From Gaiellaceae bacterium (GTDB lineage Bacteria; Actinomycetota; Thermoleophilia; Gaiellales; Gaiellaceae), in assembly GCA_040902725.1 (NCBI GenBank), contig JBBDWU010000045.1, positions 3,341 to 67,340 on the forward strand: a stretch of DNA of 64,000 bases, in the 5' to 3' direction. Positions 23,994 to 33,621 of this stretch are shown here, one piece after another. The notes beneath the pieces are model-generated. The model saw only the letters and a list, made by a program, of their open reading frames with translations, was not told where the DNA came from and did no database searches. The stretch's first letter is position 1. Every line of letters begins with the position of its first letter. Both the position numbers and the translations under genes were made by a program.

Positions 23994-26458
23994 GCATCGA
24001 TGCCTGCCTCCTCGAGCGCCAGGTCGACGGCAGCGTCCGGAGTGAGTGCTCGGCCTTCATCCTGTGCGTCCGTCAGCGCGCGCTCGTCGAGGTGCGCGCC
24101 GATGGCGGCGAGCGTCTGCGCATTCCTCGCGGCAATCAACGCGGCGCTCGCCCCGGTCTCGCTGAACAGGCTCCCCGCGCATCCCAGGAGCCGGGCAGCA
24201 CCGGCCGGCGCTCGACCCGCGAGCGCCGTTGCCAGGACCGTCAGCAGGGTCGCGATCTCGTTTTGCGCGCCGAGGTTCCTCTGTATCGCGTACGCCCTCT
24301 TCAGCAGGGCGACAGCGCGATCGGTCTCGCCCTCGTCGCAAAGGGCTTCAGCCATCATGATCAGCGCGTTTGCCTCGATGCGCACCATTCCCGCCGCGCG
24401 CGCCCGCCTCAATACCTGCTCGTACGCCGCTCGGGAGCGGTCACGCTCACCGAGCATCAAGTCCATCCACCCGGCCACTGTCATGGCGAGCAGCTCGAAG
24501 TGCTCGTCACCTACCTCGCGAAAACGTCGCACGCTGTCTTCGAAGAGGGCACGCGCGTGGACGAGGTTCCCTTCCTCGCGGATCACCTGACCGAGCAGGA
24601 ATCCCGAGCGCGCGATTCCCCACGCATTGCCGAGCTCGCGGTTGATCGCCATCGCTTCGTCGGCGCGAGCCCTCGCAGTCATGATGTCGCCACATTCGAT
24701 CGCCGTGGCGGTCGCGCCGTTGAGGGCGATCCCACGCGCTGCGGTCCGCTGGGGGGATTGCGCCAGGACGGCTTCGAGGCGCCGCCGTCCCTCGGCAATG
24801 TGTCCCTTGATGTACCAGAAGTACCAGAGGGCGCCGGCGAGCCGTACCGCACGCTGCGCGTCGGCATCCTCGAGCCGATCGAGCGCCGCGCGGAAGTTGT
24901 CGCTTTCGCGTTCCATCGGCCCCAGCCAGTCCTGTGGCCTTGCCGCGACCTGCGGTCCAGCCTCCTCCGCGAGCGCGAGGAAGAACTCGGCGTGGCGCAG
25001 GCGGATGTCGTCCCCCTCGCCGGAGGCCTCCAGGCGCTCGGCGGCGAACTCGCGGATGGTCTCCAGCATCCAGAACCGCTCTCCCGTGTGGCGAACGAGG
25101 CTCTTGTCGACGAGCGACTGGAGATCGTCGAGGTCGGCTTCGCAGATGCCTTCGGCCGCCTCGAGGCTGCAGCCGCCGCGGAAGACGGCCAGGCGCGCGA
25201 AGAGCCGCTGCTCCTCCGGCCGCAGCAGCTCGTGGCTCCACTCGATGGTGGCCCGCAGCGTCTGCTGGCGCGGGTCGACCCCGCGGCCCGCCTTGAGCAG
25301 GTCGAGCCGCAGGGCGAGGCGCTCGAGGAGCTGCTCGGGCGAGAGCACGGCCACGCGTGCCGCCGCCAGCTCGAGCGCGAGCGGCAGCTGCTCGAGTCGA
25401 GCGCAGAGCTCGGGGACGGCGGCGCTCGCCTGGAAGTCGGGCACCGCTGCACGCGCCCGGGCGAGGAAGAGCTCCGTCCCCTCCTCGGGATCGAGCGGGG
25501 GCACCGCGTAGGCCTGCTCGCCGGGGACGCGCAGCAGCTCGCGGCTCGACACGAGCAGCTGGAGGTTCGGGCAGGCGGCGAGCAGTCCGGCCAGGCCGGG
25601 GGCGGCCTCGATCACGTGCTCGAAGTTGTCGAGCAGCAGCAGCAGCGACCGGTCGCCGATGTGCTCGGCCAGCCCGTCCTTGGCGCCAATCGCCGCTCCC
25701 GCAGTCTCCAGCACGAGCTGCGGGTCGCGGAGCGGCCCCAGCGGCACCCACCAGACGCCGTGCGGATGGTCGTCCGCGGCTCCCGCGGCCGCCTGAAGTG
25801 CCAGCCGCGTCTTGCCCGTCCCGCCCGGCCCCGTCAGGGTCAGCAGGCGGACGTCTCCGCGCCCGAGCAGGCCAAGCACCTCCTCGAGCTCCCGCTCCCG
25901 CCCGACGAACGGGGTCGCGGGAACGGGCAGGTTGGTCTGGTACAGGCTCTTCAGCGGCGGAAACTCGTCCGCGCCGAGCTGGTAGATCCGCTCCGGCGCC
26001 GACAGGTCTTTCAGCCGGTGCTCGCCCAGGTCGCGTAGGCCGTCCGGGTCGACCAACGCCGCCGTGGAAGCCGAGACGAGCACCTGCCCGCCATGCCCGC
26101 ACGCCGCGATCCGGGCCGCCCGGTGCACGTCAGCGCCCACGTAGCCCTCGTCCGTCACGTGCGGCGTGCCGGTGTGGATCCCCATCCGCACGCGGATCGG
26201 CCCGGCCGCCAGCCCCCCCAGCGCTTCGGCCGCCGCCCGCAGCGCGGCCGGAGCCGTGGGGAAGGCGACGAAGAACGCGTCCCCCTGCGTGTCCACCTCC
26301 ACGCCCGCGTGCGCGCCGAACGCGTGCCGCACGATCCGCCGGTGCTCGGCCAGGGCGGCTGCGTATCCCTCCGCCCCCAGCCCGTCCAGCAGCTTCGTCG
26401 AGCCCTCCACGTCCGTGAACAGGAAGGTCACCGTCCCCGCGGGAAGATCGCTCCGCAC
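23990..26458 (-). CDS. Class III nucleotidyl cyclase - NB-ARC/STAND ATPase - TPR protein (paralog 3)
   Basis: GTG 26458 gives VRSDLPAGTVTFLFTDVEGSTKLL..TQGDAFFVAFP..DVHRAARIAACGHGGQVLVS..FVGRERELEEV..LTLTGPGGTGKTRLA..LLLLDNFEHV..VSSRE..LPLALELAAA..MLETIREFA, followed by TPR repeats. The upstream portion of the 1130-aa track ORF is Arg/Pro-rich shadow. Confidence 0.9.
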   Translation of the reverse strand: MRSDLPAGTVTFLFTDVEGSTKLLDGLGAEGYAAALAEHRRIVRHAFGAHAGVEVDTQGDAFFVAFPTAPAALRAAAEALGGLAAGPIRVRMGIHTGTPHVTDEGYVGADVHRAARIAACGHGGQVLVSASTAALVDPDGLRDLGEHRLKDLSAPERIYQLGADEFPPLKSLYQTNLPVPATPFVGRERELEEVLGLLGRGDVRLLTLTGPGGTGKTRLALQAAAGAADDHPHGVWWVPLGPLRDPQLVLETAGAAIGAKDGLAEHIGDRSLLLLLDNFEHVIEAAPGLAGLLAACPNLQLLVSSRELLRVPGEQAYAVPPLDPEEGTELFLARARAAVPDFQASAAVPELCARLEQLPLALELAAARVAVLSPEQLLERLALRLDLLKAGRGVDPRQQTLRATIEWSHELLRPEEQRLFARLAVFRGGCSLEAAEGICEADLDDLQSLVDKSLVRHTGERFWMLETIREFAAERLEASGEGDDIRLRHAEFFLALAEEAGPQVAARPQDWLGPMERESDNFRAALDRLEDADAQRAVRLAGALWYFWYIKGHIAEGRRRLEAVLAQSPQRTAARGIALNGATATAIECGDIMTARARADEAMAINRELGNAWGIARSGFLLGQVIREEGNLVHARALFEDSVRRFREVGDEHFELLAMTVAGWMDLMLGERDRSRAAYEQVLRRARAAGMVRIEANALIMMAEALCDEGETDRAVALLKRAYAIQRNLGAQNEIATLLTVLATALAGRAPAGAARLLGCAGSLFSETGASAALIAARNAQTLAAIGAHLDERALTDAQDEGRALTPDAAVDLALEEAGIDA

Positions 26459-26490
26459 GGCGGCATCATGCCGCGAGACAGCCGCGCCCT

Positions 26491-27039
26491 CTAGGCCGTC
26501 GCGGCGAGCGCGGCGCCCTCGGCCCAGACGGCGAGGAACGTGTAGGCGATGCGCGGGTCGAACTGCGTCCCCGCGCAGCGCTCGATCTCCTCGAACGCGA
26601 CGCCCGGGTCGAGCGCGCTGCGGTAGGGCCGGTCGGAGGTCATCGCGTCGTAGGCGTCGGCGACCGCGAGCAGGCGCGCCTCGACCGGGATCGCCGTCCC
26701 CGCCAGGCCGCGCGGGTACCCCCAGCCGTCCCAGCGCTCGTGATGGCAGAGCACGTACGTCAGGGCGGCCTGCGCGGAGGAGAGCTCTTCGAGTAGGCGC
26801 GCGCCGGCGGCGGGATGCTGCTCGATCTCGGCCCGCTCGACCGCGTCCAGCGGCCCGGGCTTCCGCAGGATCTCGGGCGAGACCGAGAGCTTGCCGACGT
26901 CGTGGAGCGCGCTGCCGAGCCGCAGCCCCTGGAGCGGCCCGCCCTCCCAGCCGAGCCGGCGCGCGACCGGATCGGCGAGGGCCGCCACGCGCGCCGAGTG
27001 CTCGAAGATCGCGTCGACCACTGCCGGATGCAGTTCCAC
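26491..27039 (-). CDS. Stand-alone HD-GYP domain phosphohydrolase
   Basis: HSARVAAL..ALHDVGKLSV..HPAAGARLL..HHERWDGWGYPRGL..VADAYDAMTSDRPYR. The start is uncertain: I took GTG 27039, while the track start at 27156 would overlap the pntAA start. The stop lies 32 nt upstream of cyclase paralog 3. Confidence 0.8.
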   Translation of the reverse strand: MELHPAVVDAIFEHSARVAALADPVARRLGWEGGPLQGLRLGSALHDVGKLSVSPEILRKPGPLDAVERAEIEQHPAAGARLLEELSSAQAALTYVLCHHERWDGWGYPRGLAGTAIPVEARLLAVADAYDAMTSDRPYRSALDPGVAFEEIERCAGTQFDPRIAYTFLAVWAEGAALAATA

Positions 27040-27063
27040 GCGGGCGGCATAGACTCCTGCCCC

Positions 27064-28137
27064 GTGAGGGTCGGCGTCCCGAAGGAGAACGCTCCCGACG
27101 AGCGCCGGGTCGCGCTCGTGCCCGAGGCCGTCCAGAAGCTCGTCCAGAAGGGGCACGAGGTGGTGGTGGAGGGCGGCGCGGGCGCGGGCGCGTTGTTCGC
27201 CGACGAGGAGTACGAGGCCGCCGGCGCGGCCATCGGCGACCCCTACGACGCCGACGTCGTCGTCTGCGTCCAGCGGCCGAGCGAGGACGCTCTCCGCTCC
27301 GGAACGGTGCTCGTCGGGCTGCTCCAGCCGCTGGCCGAGCCGGAGGCGATCGAGCGGCTCGCCGAACGCGGCGTGACCGCACTCGCGCTGGAGGCCGTCC
27401 CGCGGATCACGCGCGCCCAGGCGATGGACGCGCTTTCCTCGCAGGCGACGCTCGCGGGCTACAAGTCCGTCCTGATCGCGGCCGACCGCCTGCCGCGGCT
27501 GTTTCCCATGCTGACAACGGCGGCGGGCACGGTGCGCCCGGCCAAGGTGCTCGTGCTCGGCGCCGGCGTCGCCGGCCTGCAGGCGATCGCGACCGCGCGG
27601 CGGCTGGGGGCGCGGACCTTCGGTTTCGACGTGCGGCCGGTCGTTCGCGAGCAGGTCGAGAGCCTCGGCGCCTCGTTCCTGGACCTCGGAATCGTCGGCG
27701 AGGAGACGGAGGGCGGCTACGCCCGCGAGCTGACGCCGGACGAGCAGCGGCGCCAGCAGGGGGAGCTCGAGCGGCGGCTGCCCGAGTTCGACGTCGTGAT
27801 CACGACCGCCCAGATCCCGGGGCGGCGCGCGCCGCGGCTGATCCCGGCCGCCGCCGTCGAGGCCATGCAGCCCGGCTCCGTGATCGTCGACCTGGCCGCG
27901 GAGACGGGCGGCAACTGCGAGCTGACCGAGGCGGGCGCCGAGGTGGTGCGCAACGGGGTCACGATCGTCGGGCCGACGAATCTCGCCGCCACCATGCCCG
28001 TCGACGCGAGCCGGCTCTACTCCCGGAACGTGAGCGCGCTGCTCGAGCTGCTCGCGCCCGACGGTGAGCTCCAGCTCGATTTCGACGACGAGATCGTCGC
28101 CGCCGCCTGCGTGACCCGCCGGCAGGTGCGCGCATGA
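27064..28137 (+). CDS. pntAA: NAD(P) transhydrogenase subunit alpha, part 1
   Basis: GTG 27064 gives VRVGVPKENAPDERRVALVP..VLGAGVAGLQAIATARRLGA, an alanine dehydrogenase/PNT fold. Confidence 0.9.
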   Translation: MRVGVPKENAPDERRVALVPEAVQKLVQKGHEVVVEGGAGAGALFADEEYEAAGAAIGDPYDADVVVCVQRPSEDALRSGTVLVGLLQPLAEPEAIERLAERGVTALALEAVPRITRAQAMDALSSQATLAGYKSVLIAADRLPRLFPMLTTAAGTVRPAKVLVLGAGVAGLQAIATARRLGARTFGFDVRPVVREQVESLGASFLDLGIVGEETEGGYARELTPDEQRRQQGELERRLPEFDVVITTAQIPGRRAPRLIPAAAVEAMQPGSVIVDLAAETGGNCELTEAGAEVVRNGVTIVGPTNLAATMPVDASRLYSRNVSALLELLAPDGELQLDFDDEIVAAACVTRRQVRA

Positions 28138-28418
28138 TCCTGATCGCCAGCGTCACCATCTTCGTGCTCGCCGTCTTCCTCGGCTTCGAGCTGATCGCGC
28201 GCGTGCCGACGCTGCTGCATACGCCGCTGATGTCGGGCACGAACGCGATCTCCGGGATCATCGTCGTCGGCGCGATCCTCGTCGGCGGCGCCTCCGAGGG
28301 GACGCTCGAGCGGACGCTCGCCTTCCTGGCGCTCGTGTTCGCGGCGATCAACGTCGTCGGCGGCTTCCTCGTCACCGACCGCATGCTCGAGATGTTCAAG
28401 CGGCGCCCCGACGAATGA
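28134..28418 (+). CDS. pntAB: NAD(P) transhydrogenase subunit alpha, part 2 (membrane)
   Basis: The 94-aa product has three hydrophobic helices and the motif TPLMSGTNAISGIIVVG. It shares an ATGA overlap with pntAA. Confidence 0.9.
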   Translation: MILIASVTIFVLAVFLGFELIARVPTLLHTPLMSGTNAISGIIVVGAILVGGASEGTLERTLAFLALVFAAINVVGGFLVTDRMLEMFKRRPDE

Positions 28419-29818
28419 TGCTCGCCTTCGCGCTCTCCCACAACGTCGTCTTCACGGCCTACGCCGCGGCTGCCGTGCTCTTCGTCGTCGGCATCCGGAT
28501 GCTCTCCTCGCCGCGCACCGCCCGGCGAGGGAACTGGATCTCCGCGGGAGGGATGCTGGTCGCGGTCGGCTTCACGCTCACGCTCGAGGAGATCGACGAC
28601 TACGGGTTCGTCGCCGCCGGGCTGGCGATCGGCGCCGTGCTCGGGGTGCCGGCGGCGCGGCTCGTGAAGATGACGGCGATGCCGCAGATGGTCGCGCTGC
28701 TGAACGGGCTCGGCGGCGGCGCGGCGGCGCTCGTCGCGACGGCGGAGTTCTTCCGTTTTGCGGCCGCCGCCGGCGGTACGCCCGCGGACACGCTCGTGGC
28801 GACGATGCTCGCGGCGCTGCTCGGGCCGCTGACGTTCTCGGGGAGCATGATCGCGTGGGGCAAGCTCCAGGAGGTGCTCCCCGGGCGCCCGGTCGTGTTC
28901 CGGGGCCAGCAGGCGGCCAACGCCGCCGTGTTCGGCGCGGGGGTCGTCCTGGCGGCGCTGGCGGCGCTGGCCGAGAGCAAGGCGCTGCTCTCGGCGGCCC
29001 TGATCGTCTCCTTCGTCGTCGGAGTGCTGCTCGTGCTCCCGATCGGCGGCGCGGACATGCCGGTCGTGATCGCGCTGCTGAACGCCTTCTCGGGGCTCGG
29101 CGGCGTCACCACCGGGTTCATCCTCGACAACAACGCCCTGATCATCGGGGGCACGCTCGTCGGCGCCTCCGGGACGCTGCTCTCGATCCTGATGGGGCGT
29201 GCGATGAACCGGAGCATCGCCAACGTCCTCTTCGGCGCGTTCGGCCAGCTGGCCGCCGGGGGACCGGCCGCGGTCGCCGACGACGGCGGCGTCCGGGCGA
29301 CGACGGCGGACGACGTCGCCGTGCTGCTCGCCTACGCGCGGCGGGTCGTCTTCGTCCCCGGCTACGGGCTCGCCGTCGCGCAGGCGCAGCACGACGTCCG
29401 GGCGCTGGCCGACCTCCTCCAGGAGCGGGGCGTCGACGTCCGCTACGCGATCCATCCCGTCGCGGGGCGGATGCCCGGGCACATGAACGTCTTGCTCGCC
29501 GAGGCCAACGTCCCCTACGACCAGCTGTACGAGATGGACCAGATCAACGCGGAGTTCCCCCAGACGGACGTGGCCGTGATCGTCGGCGCGAACGACGTCG
29601 TCAACCCGTCGGCGCGCAACCAACCGGGCAGCCCGATCTACGGCATGCCGATCCTCGACGTCGACCGGGCCGCGAACGTGGTCGTGATCAAGCGCTCGAT
29701 GTCGCCGGGGTTCGCGGGGATCGACAACCCGCTCTTCTACGACCCGAAGACGGTGATGCTGTTCGCGGACGCGAAGGCGGCGCTCGAGGACGTGATCGCC
29801 GCCGTCAAGCACGTTTAG
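28415..29818 (+). CDS. pntB: NAD(P) transhydrogenase subunit beta
   Basis: A multi-TM N-terminal half is followed by the C-terminal dIII domain VPGYGLAVAQAQ..YAIHPVAGRMPGHMNVLLAEA..GANDVVNP. Confidence 0.92.
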   Translation: MMLAFALSHNVVFTAYAAAAVLFVVGIRMLSSPRTARRGNWISAGGMLVAVGFTLTLEEIDDYGFVAAGLAIGAVLGVPAARLVKMTAMPQMVALLNGLGGGAAALVATAEFFRFAAAAGGTPADTLVATMLAALLGPLTFSGSMIAWGKLQEVLPGRPVVFRGQQAANAAVFGAGVVLAALAALAESKALLSAALIVSFVVGVLLVLPIGGADMPVVIALLNAFSGLGGVTTGFILDNNALIIGGTLVGASGTLLSILMGRAMNRSIANVLFGAFGQLAAGGPAAVADDGGVRATTADDVAVLLAYARRVVFVPGYGLAVAQAQHDVRALADLLQERGVDVRYAIHPVAGRMPGHMNVLLAEANVPYDQLYEMDQINAEFPQTDVAVIVGANDVVNPSARNQPGSPIYGMPILDVDRAANVVVIKRSMSPGFAGIDNPLFYDPKTVMLFADAKAALEDVIAAVKHV

Positions 29819-29819
29819 C

Positions 29820-30761
29820 GTGCGCGTCCCCTTTCTCAGCGGCCCGGTCGTGGAGCGGGCCGTGTCGCCCGAGCGCGCGGTCGAGGCCGTGCGGGAGGCG
29901 TTCGTAGCGTACGCGCGCGGCGAGTGGACGATGCCGCCGAAGGTCTACGTCCCCGCCTACCCGGCCGGCGACTTCCGCGCCATGCCGGCGCTCGGCGCCG
30001 GGCACGCGCTCCTGAAGTGGGTGACGTCGTTCCCGGGGAACCCCGCGCAGGGACTGCCGACGGTGATGGGCGTCGTGCTCGTCTCGGACGCGTCAAACGG
30101 GGTCCTGAAGGCGGTGCTGGATGCCGGCGCGGTGACGGCGCTGCGCACGGGCGCCGCGGCCGTGCTCGCGGCGGAGACCGTCGGGCGCGCCGACGCGGAG
30201 ACGGCGGCGGTGATCGGGGCGGGCGTGAACGGACGCGCGGCCGCGCGCGCGTTCGTCGCGCGCGGACGGCGGCCCTGGCTGTGGGACGTGGACGAGGCGC
30301 GGGCGCGGTCGGTCGCCGACGAGCTCGGCTGCGACGTCGCGCCAAGCCGCGAGGCTGCGCTTGGCGCCGACCTCCTGGTGACCGTGACCCCCGGCCGCGA
30401 CGTGCTGCTCGGGCTGGGGTCGCTACAGCCGGGCCAGCACGTCAGCCTGATGGGCGCCGACGGGCCCGGGAAGGCGGAGATCGCCGTCGAGGAACTGGCG
30501 CGCGTCCGCATCTTCTGCGACGACTGGGAGCAGGCGAGCCACAACGGCGACCTCGTCCACGCGGTCGCGGCGGGGAAGGTTAGGCGCGCGCAGGTGACCG
30601 AGCTCGGCGCCGTCCTCGCCGGGCAGGCGGAAGGGCGACGCTCGGCGGACGAGGCGACCGCCTTCGACTCCACCGGCCTCGCGATTCAGGACCTCGCGAT
30701 CGCCCTCGCCGCGCTGGAGCGGCTCGACGAGCTAGACGGGCTCGTGTACGTCGAGCCGTAG
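29820..30761 (+). CDS. Ornithine cyclodeaminase / mu-crystallin family protein
   Basis: LKWVTSFPGNP..TALRTGAAAVLAA..VIGAGVNGRAAARA. The GTG start is 1 nt after the pntB stop. Confidence 0.8.
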   Translation: MRVPFLSGPVVERAVSPERAVEAVREAFVAYARGEWTMPPKVYVPAYPAGDFRAMPALGAGHALLKWVTSFPGNPAQGLPTVMGVVLVSDASNGVLKAVLDAGAVTALRTGAAAVLAAETVGRADAETAAVIGAGVNGRAAARAFVARGRRPWLWDVDEARARSVADELGCDVAPSREAALGADLLVTVTPGRDVLLGLGSLQPGQHVSLMGADGPGKAEIAVEELARVRIFCDDWEQASHNGDLVHAVAAGKVRRAQVTELGAVLAGQAEGRRSADEATAFDSTGLAIQDLAIALAALERLDELDGLVYVEP

Positions 30762-31826
30762 CGGGTCGAACAGCTCCAGCAAGGGAACGTCGCGGCCGAG
30801 GATCGCGTCGGCGACCAGCTCGCCGCAGGCGAGACCGAGCACGTTGCCGTGCCCGGAGTAGCCGCCCGCGACCCAGCTGCGGTCGTCCACCCGCCCCACC
30901 ACCGGCAGCAGGTCGGGGACGAAGCCGAAGATGCCCGCCCAGCGGTGCGTGATCCGCACCTCGCGGCCGAGCAGGTCGAGGAGGAACCGCTCGAGCGCCG
31001 ACTGGATCGTTCCCGTGGTCTCCTCGACGTCGGTGAACTCGGCGGCCAGGTCGGCGTCACGGAAGCCGCCGGCCACGATCCGTCCGTCGTCGAGCTGCTG
31101 CCAGTAGTCGTAGCCGTGCCGGCCGTAGTGCGGCATCTCGAAGAGCCGCTCGGGGATCGGCTCCGTGCCCAGCATCTGCCCGCGCGTGGGGATGATCGAG
31201 CCCTCGAGCCGCCCGAGCAGCCCGCTCGGATACCCGTCGGTGGCGACGACCATGTGGTCGGCATCGAGGTCGTCGAGGTCCGTCACCCGGCTGTGCTCCC
31301 GGATCTCCACGCCGGCCTCGGCCGCGCGCAGCGCCAGTTGCCACGTGAAGCGGGCCGGGTGGAGCGATCCGTCCGTCGGATGGAACAAGTGGTCGCCCCG
31401 GAGCTCGACTGCGAAGCCGTCCTCGCGGAGCGCCTCGTACTCGAGCTTCAGCTCTGCGGCCTCCTCCTCGTCGGCCGCGATCCGAAGGCTCCCCGTGCGC
31501 CGGAATGCATCGCCTTCCATCCGGTTGAGGTACCGCTCCGTCCAGGCCCAGTACTCGGCCGCGCGGCCGGCGCCGAGCCACTCGCGCGCGCTGTCGTAGG
31601 GCATCGCTCCGCCCCGGAGCGCGAAGCCTCCGTTGCGACCGCTCGCGCCTTCCCCCAGCCCGCGCGCCTCGTGGAGGACGACGCTGAGTCCCCCCTCCGC
31701 CAGCGCGAGCGCGCAGGCGCAGCCGGTGATGCCGCCGCCGACCACGGCGACGTCGGCAGGCCCCGACACGCGAGCCTGGGGCAGCGGCGGCCGCTCGGCG
31801 TCGAGCCAGAACGGCCGGCTAGCCAT
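30732..31826 (-). CDS. FAD-dependent oxidoreductase (DAO family)
   Basis: ATG 31826 gives MASRPFWLDAE..VAVVGGGITGCACALALAEGG..ASGRNGG. It overlaps the fdh stop by 8 nt. Confidence 0.85.
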   Translation of the reverse strand: MASRPFWLDAERPPLPQARVSGPADVAVVGGGITGCACALALAEGGLSVVLHEARGLGEGASGRNGGFALRGGAMPYDSAREWLGAGRAAEYWAWTERYLNRMEGDAFRRTGSLRIAADEEEAAELKLEYEALREDGFAVELRGDHLFHPTDGSLHPARFTWQLALRAAEAGVEIREHSRVTDLDDLDADHMVVATDGYPSGLLGRLEGSIIPTRGQMLGTEPIPERLFEMPHYGRHGYDYWQQLDDGRIVAGGFRDADLAAEFTDVEETTGTIQSALERFLLDLLGREVRITHRWAGIFGFVPDLLPVVGRVDDRSWVAGGYSGHGNVLGLACGELVADAILGRDVPLLELFDPLRLDVHEPV

Positions 31827-33021
31827 CTCCGAAGCGCTCTGCCTCGTCCGAGCCGCCCGTTGCGTCGCCGGCGCTGTAGGAGCGCGCGCCGGCACCGGCC
31901 AGCTGCCCGCCGTCGACGATCAGGTACTCCTCGCGGATCGGTCGGCCGTCGAACCAGCACTCGAGGATCTCGCGGACGCCCCCGGCATAGCGGGCCTGGG
32001 CCGAGAGGCTCGAACCGGAGATGTGCGGGGTCATGCCGTGATTCGGCATCGTCCGCCAGGGGTGGTCCTTGGGCGCAGGCTGCGGGAACCAGACGTCGCC
32101 GGCGTAGCCCGCGAGCTGGCCGGTCTCCAGCGCGCGCGCAACGGCGTCGCGGTCGCAGATCTTGCCCCGGGCGGTGTTGATCAGGTAGGCGCCGCGCTTC
32201 ATCTTGCCGATCAGCTCGTCGTCGAAGAGGTGCTCGGTCTCGGGGTGCAACGGGGCGTTGATCGTGACCACGTCGCAGACCTGGACGAGCGACTCCGCGT
32301 CCGGGTGCCAGGTGACGCCCAGCTCCTCCTCCACCTCGGCGGGCAGGCGGTGGCGGTCGGTGTAGTGAAGGCCGACCTCGAACGGCTTCAGCCGGCGGAG
32401 CACCGCCGAGCCGATCCGACCGGCGGCGAACGTCCCCACCTGCATCCCCTCCAGGTCGTACGACCGCGACACGCAGTCGGCGATGTTCCAGCCGCCCTTC
32501 AGCACCCACTGGTGGGAGGGGATGTAGTTGCGGACGAGGGCGAGGATCGCCATCACCACGTGCTCGGCGACGCTGATGCTGTTGCAGTAGGTCACCTCGG
32601 CGACCGTGATGCCGCGCTCGATCGCCGCCTCGAGGTCGACGTGATCCGAGCCGATTCCTGCCGTCACCGCCAGCTTCAGGCCGGGCGCGCCCGCGATCCG
32701 CTTCGCGGTCAGGTACGCGGGCCAGAAGGGCTGGGAGACCACGATCTCCGCGCCGGGGAGCTCCTGCTCGAACACCGAGCCGGGCCCGTCCTTGCTGGCC
32801 GTCACGACCAGCTGGTGCCCGCGCTCCTCGAGGAACGTCCGCAGTCCGAGCTCGCCCGAAACGCTGCCGAGCAGCTCGCCGGGCGTGAAATCGATCTGCT
32901 CGGGGGTCGGGGTCGTCTGGCCGTCGTAGTACCGCTCGATCGTGGGGATGCCGTCGCGCGCGTACGACGCCGGATAGCCGTCGACGGGATCGTCGTAGAG
33001 CACGCACAGGACCTTGGCCAT
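31819..33021 (-). CDS. fdh: NAD-dependent formate dehydrogenase
   Basis: MAKVLCVLYDDPVDGYP..PFWPAYLT..TAGIGSDHVDL..GRIGSAVLRRL..INTARG..PHISGSSLSAQARYA is a D-2-hydroxyacid dehydrogenase fold with the long FDH-specific N-terminus. Confidence 0.9.
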   Translation of the reverse strand: MAKVLCVLYDDPVDGYPASYARDGIPTIERYYDGQTTPTPEQIDFTPGELLGSVSGELGLRTFLEERGHQLVVTASKDGPGSVFEQELPGAEIVVSQPFWPAYLTAKRIAGAPGLKLAVTAGIGSDHVDLEAAIERGITVAEVTYCNSISVAEHVVMAILALVRNYIPSHQWVLKGGWNIADCVSRSYDLEGMQVGTFAAGRIGSAVLRRLKPFEVGLHYTDRHRLPAEVEEELGVTWHPDAESLVQVCDVVTINAPLHPETEHLFDDELIGKMKRGAYLINTARGKICDRDAVARALETGQLAGYAGDVWFPQPAPKDHPWRTMPNHGMTPHISGSSLSAQARYAGGVREILECWFDGRPIREEYLIVDGGQLAGAGARSYSAGDATGGSDEAERFGDG

Positions 33022-33060
33022 GCGCTGGGATCATGTCAGCCAACGGAAAGGAGCCGGCAA

Positions 33061-33621
33061 ATGGGAAGGATCGTCGTAACCGAGTTCGTCTCGACGGGGT
33101 GATGGAGGACCCGGGCGGAGCGGAAGGACTTCAAGTACGGAGGCTGGACCTTCGAGATCCCCAGGGGAGACGAGGGCGACAAGTTCAAGCTCGACGAGAC
33201 CATGGCGACCGAGGCCCTGCTCCTCGGCCGGGTCACCTACGAGGGCTTTGCCGCGGCCTGGCCTTCGAGGGACGGCGAGTTCGCCGACAAGTTCAACGCC
33301 ATGCCCAAGTACGTCGTCTCCTCGAGCCTGGGCGAGCCCGAGTGGAGCAACTCGACCGTCCTGAGAGGCGACGTCGCCGAGGAGGTCGCGACGCTGAAGC
33401 AGGAGCTGGACGGCGACATCGTCGTTCACGGCAGCGCCCAGCTCGTGCAGACGCTGCTGGAGCACGACCTGGTCGACGAGCTGCGCCTGATGGTCTTCCC
33501 GGTCGTGCTGGGGAGCGGTAAGCGCCTGTTCGGCGACACGAGCGAGAAGAAGGCATTGCGGCTCGTCGACTCGTCGACGGTCGGTGACGGCGTCGCCATA
33601 CTCATCTACGGGAGGGCCTAG
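33061..33621 (+). pseudogene. RibD-C/dihydrofolate-reductase-like family protein disrupted by two nearby frameshifts
   Basis: Frame A from ATG 33061 reads MGRIVVTEFVSTG, then TGA at 33100. The conserved motif continues only in the adjacent frame (LDGVMEDPGGAEG, about 33092..33130). It then returns to frame A (FKYGGWTFEIPRGDEGDKFKLDETMATEALLLGRVTYEGFAAAWP..). The track lists only the 33202..33621 remnant. Confidence 0.7.

Noticed and set aside
27040-27156. The longer start (MPLLDELL..) for the HD-GYP gene.
   Set aside because: It would overlap the pntAA start (27064) on the other strand, and the extra residues precede the recognisable HD domain. The choice of GTG 27039 remains uncertain.
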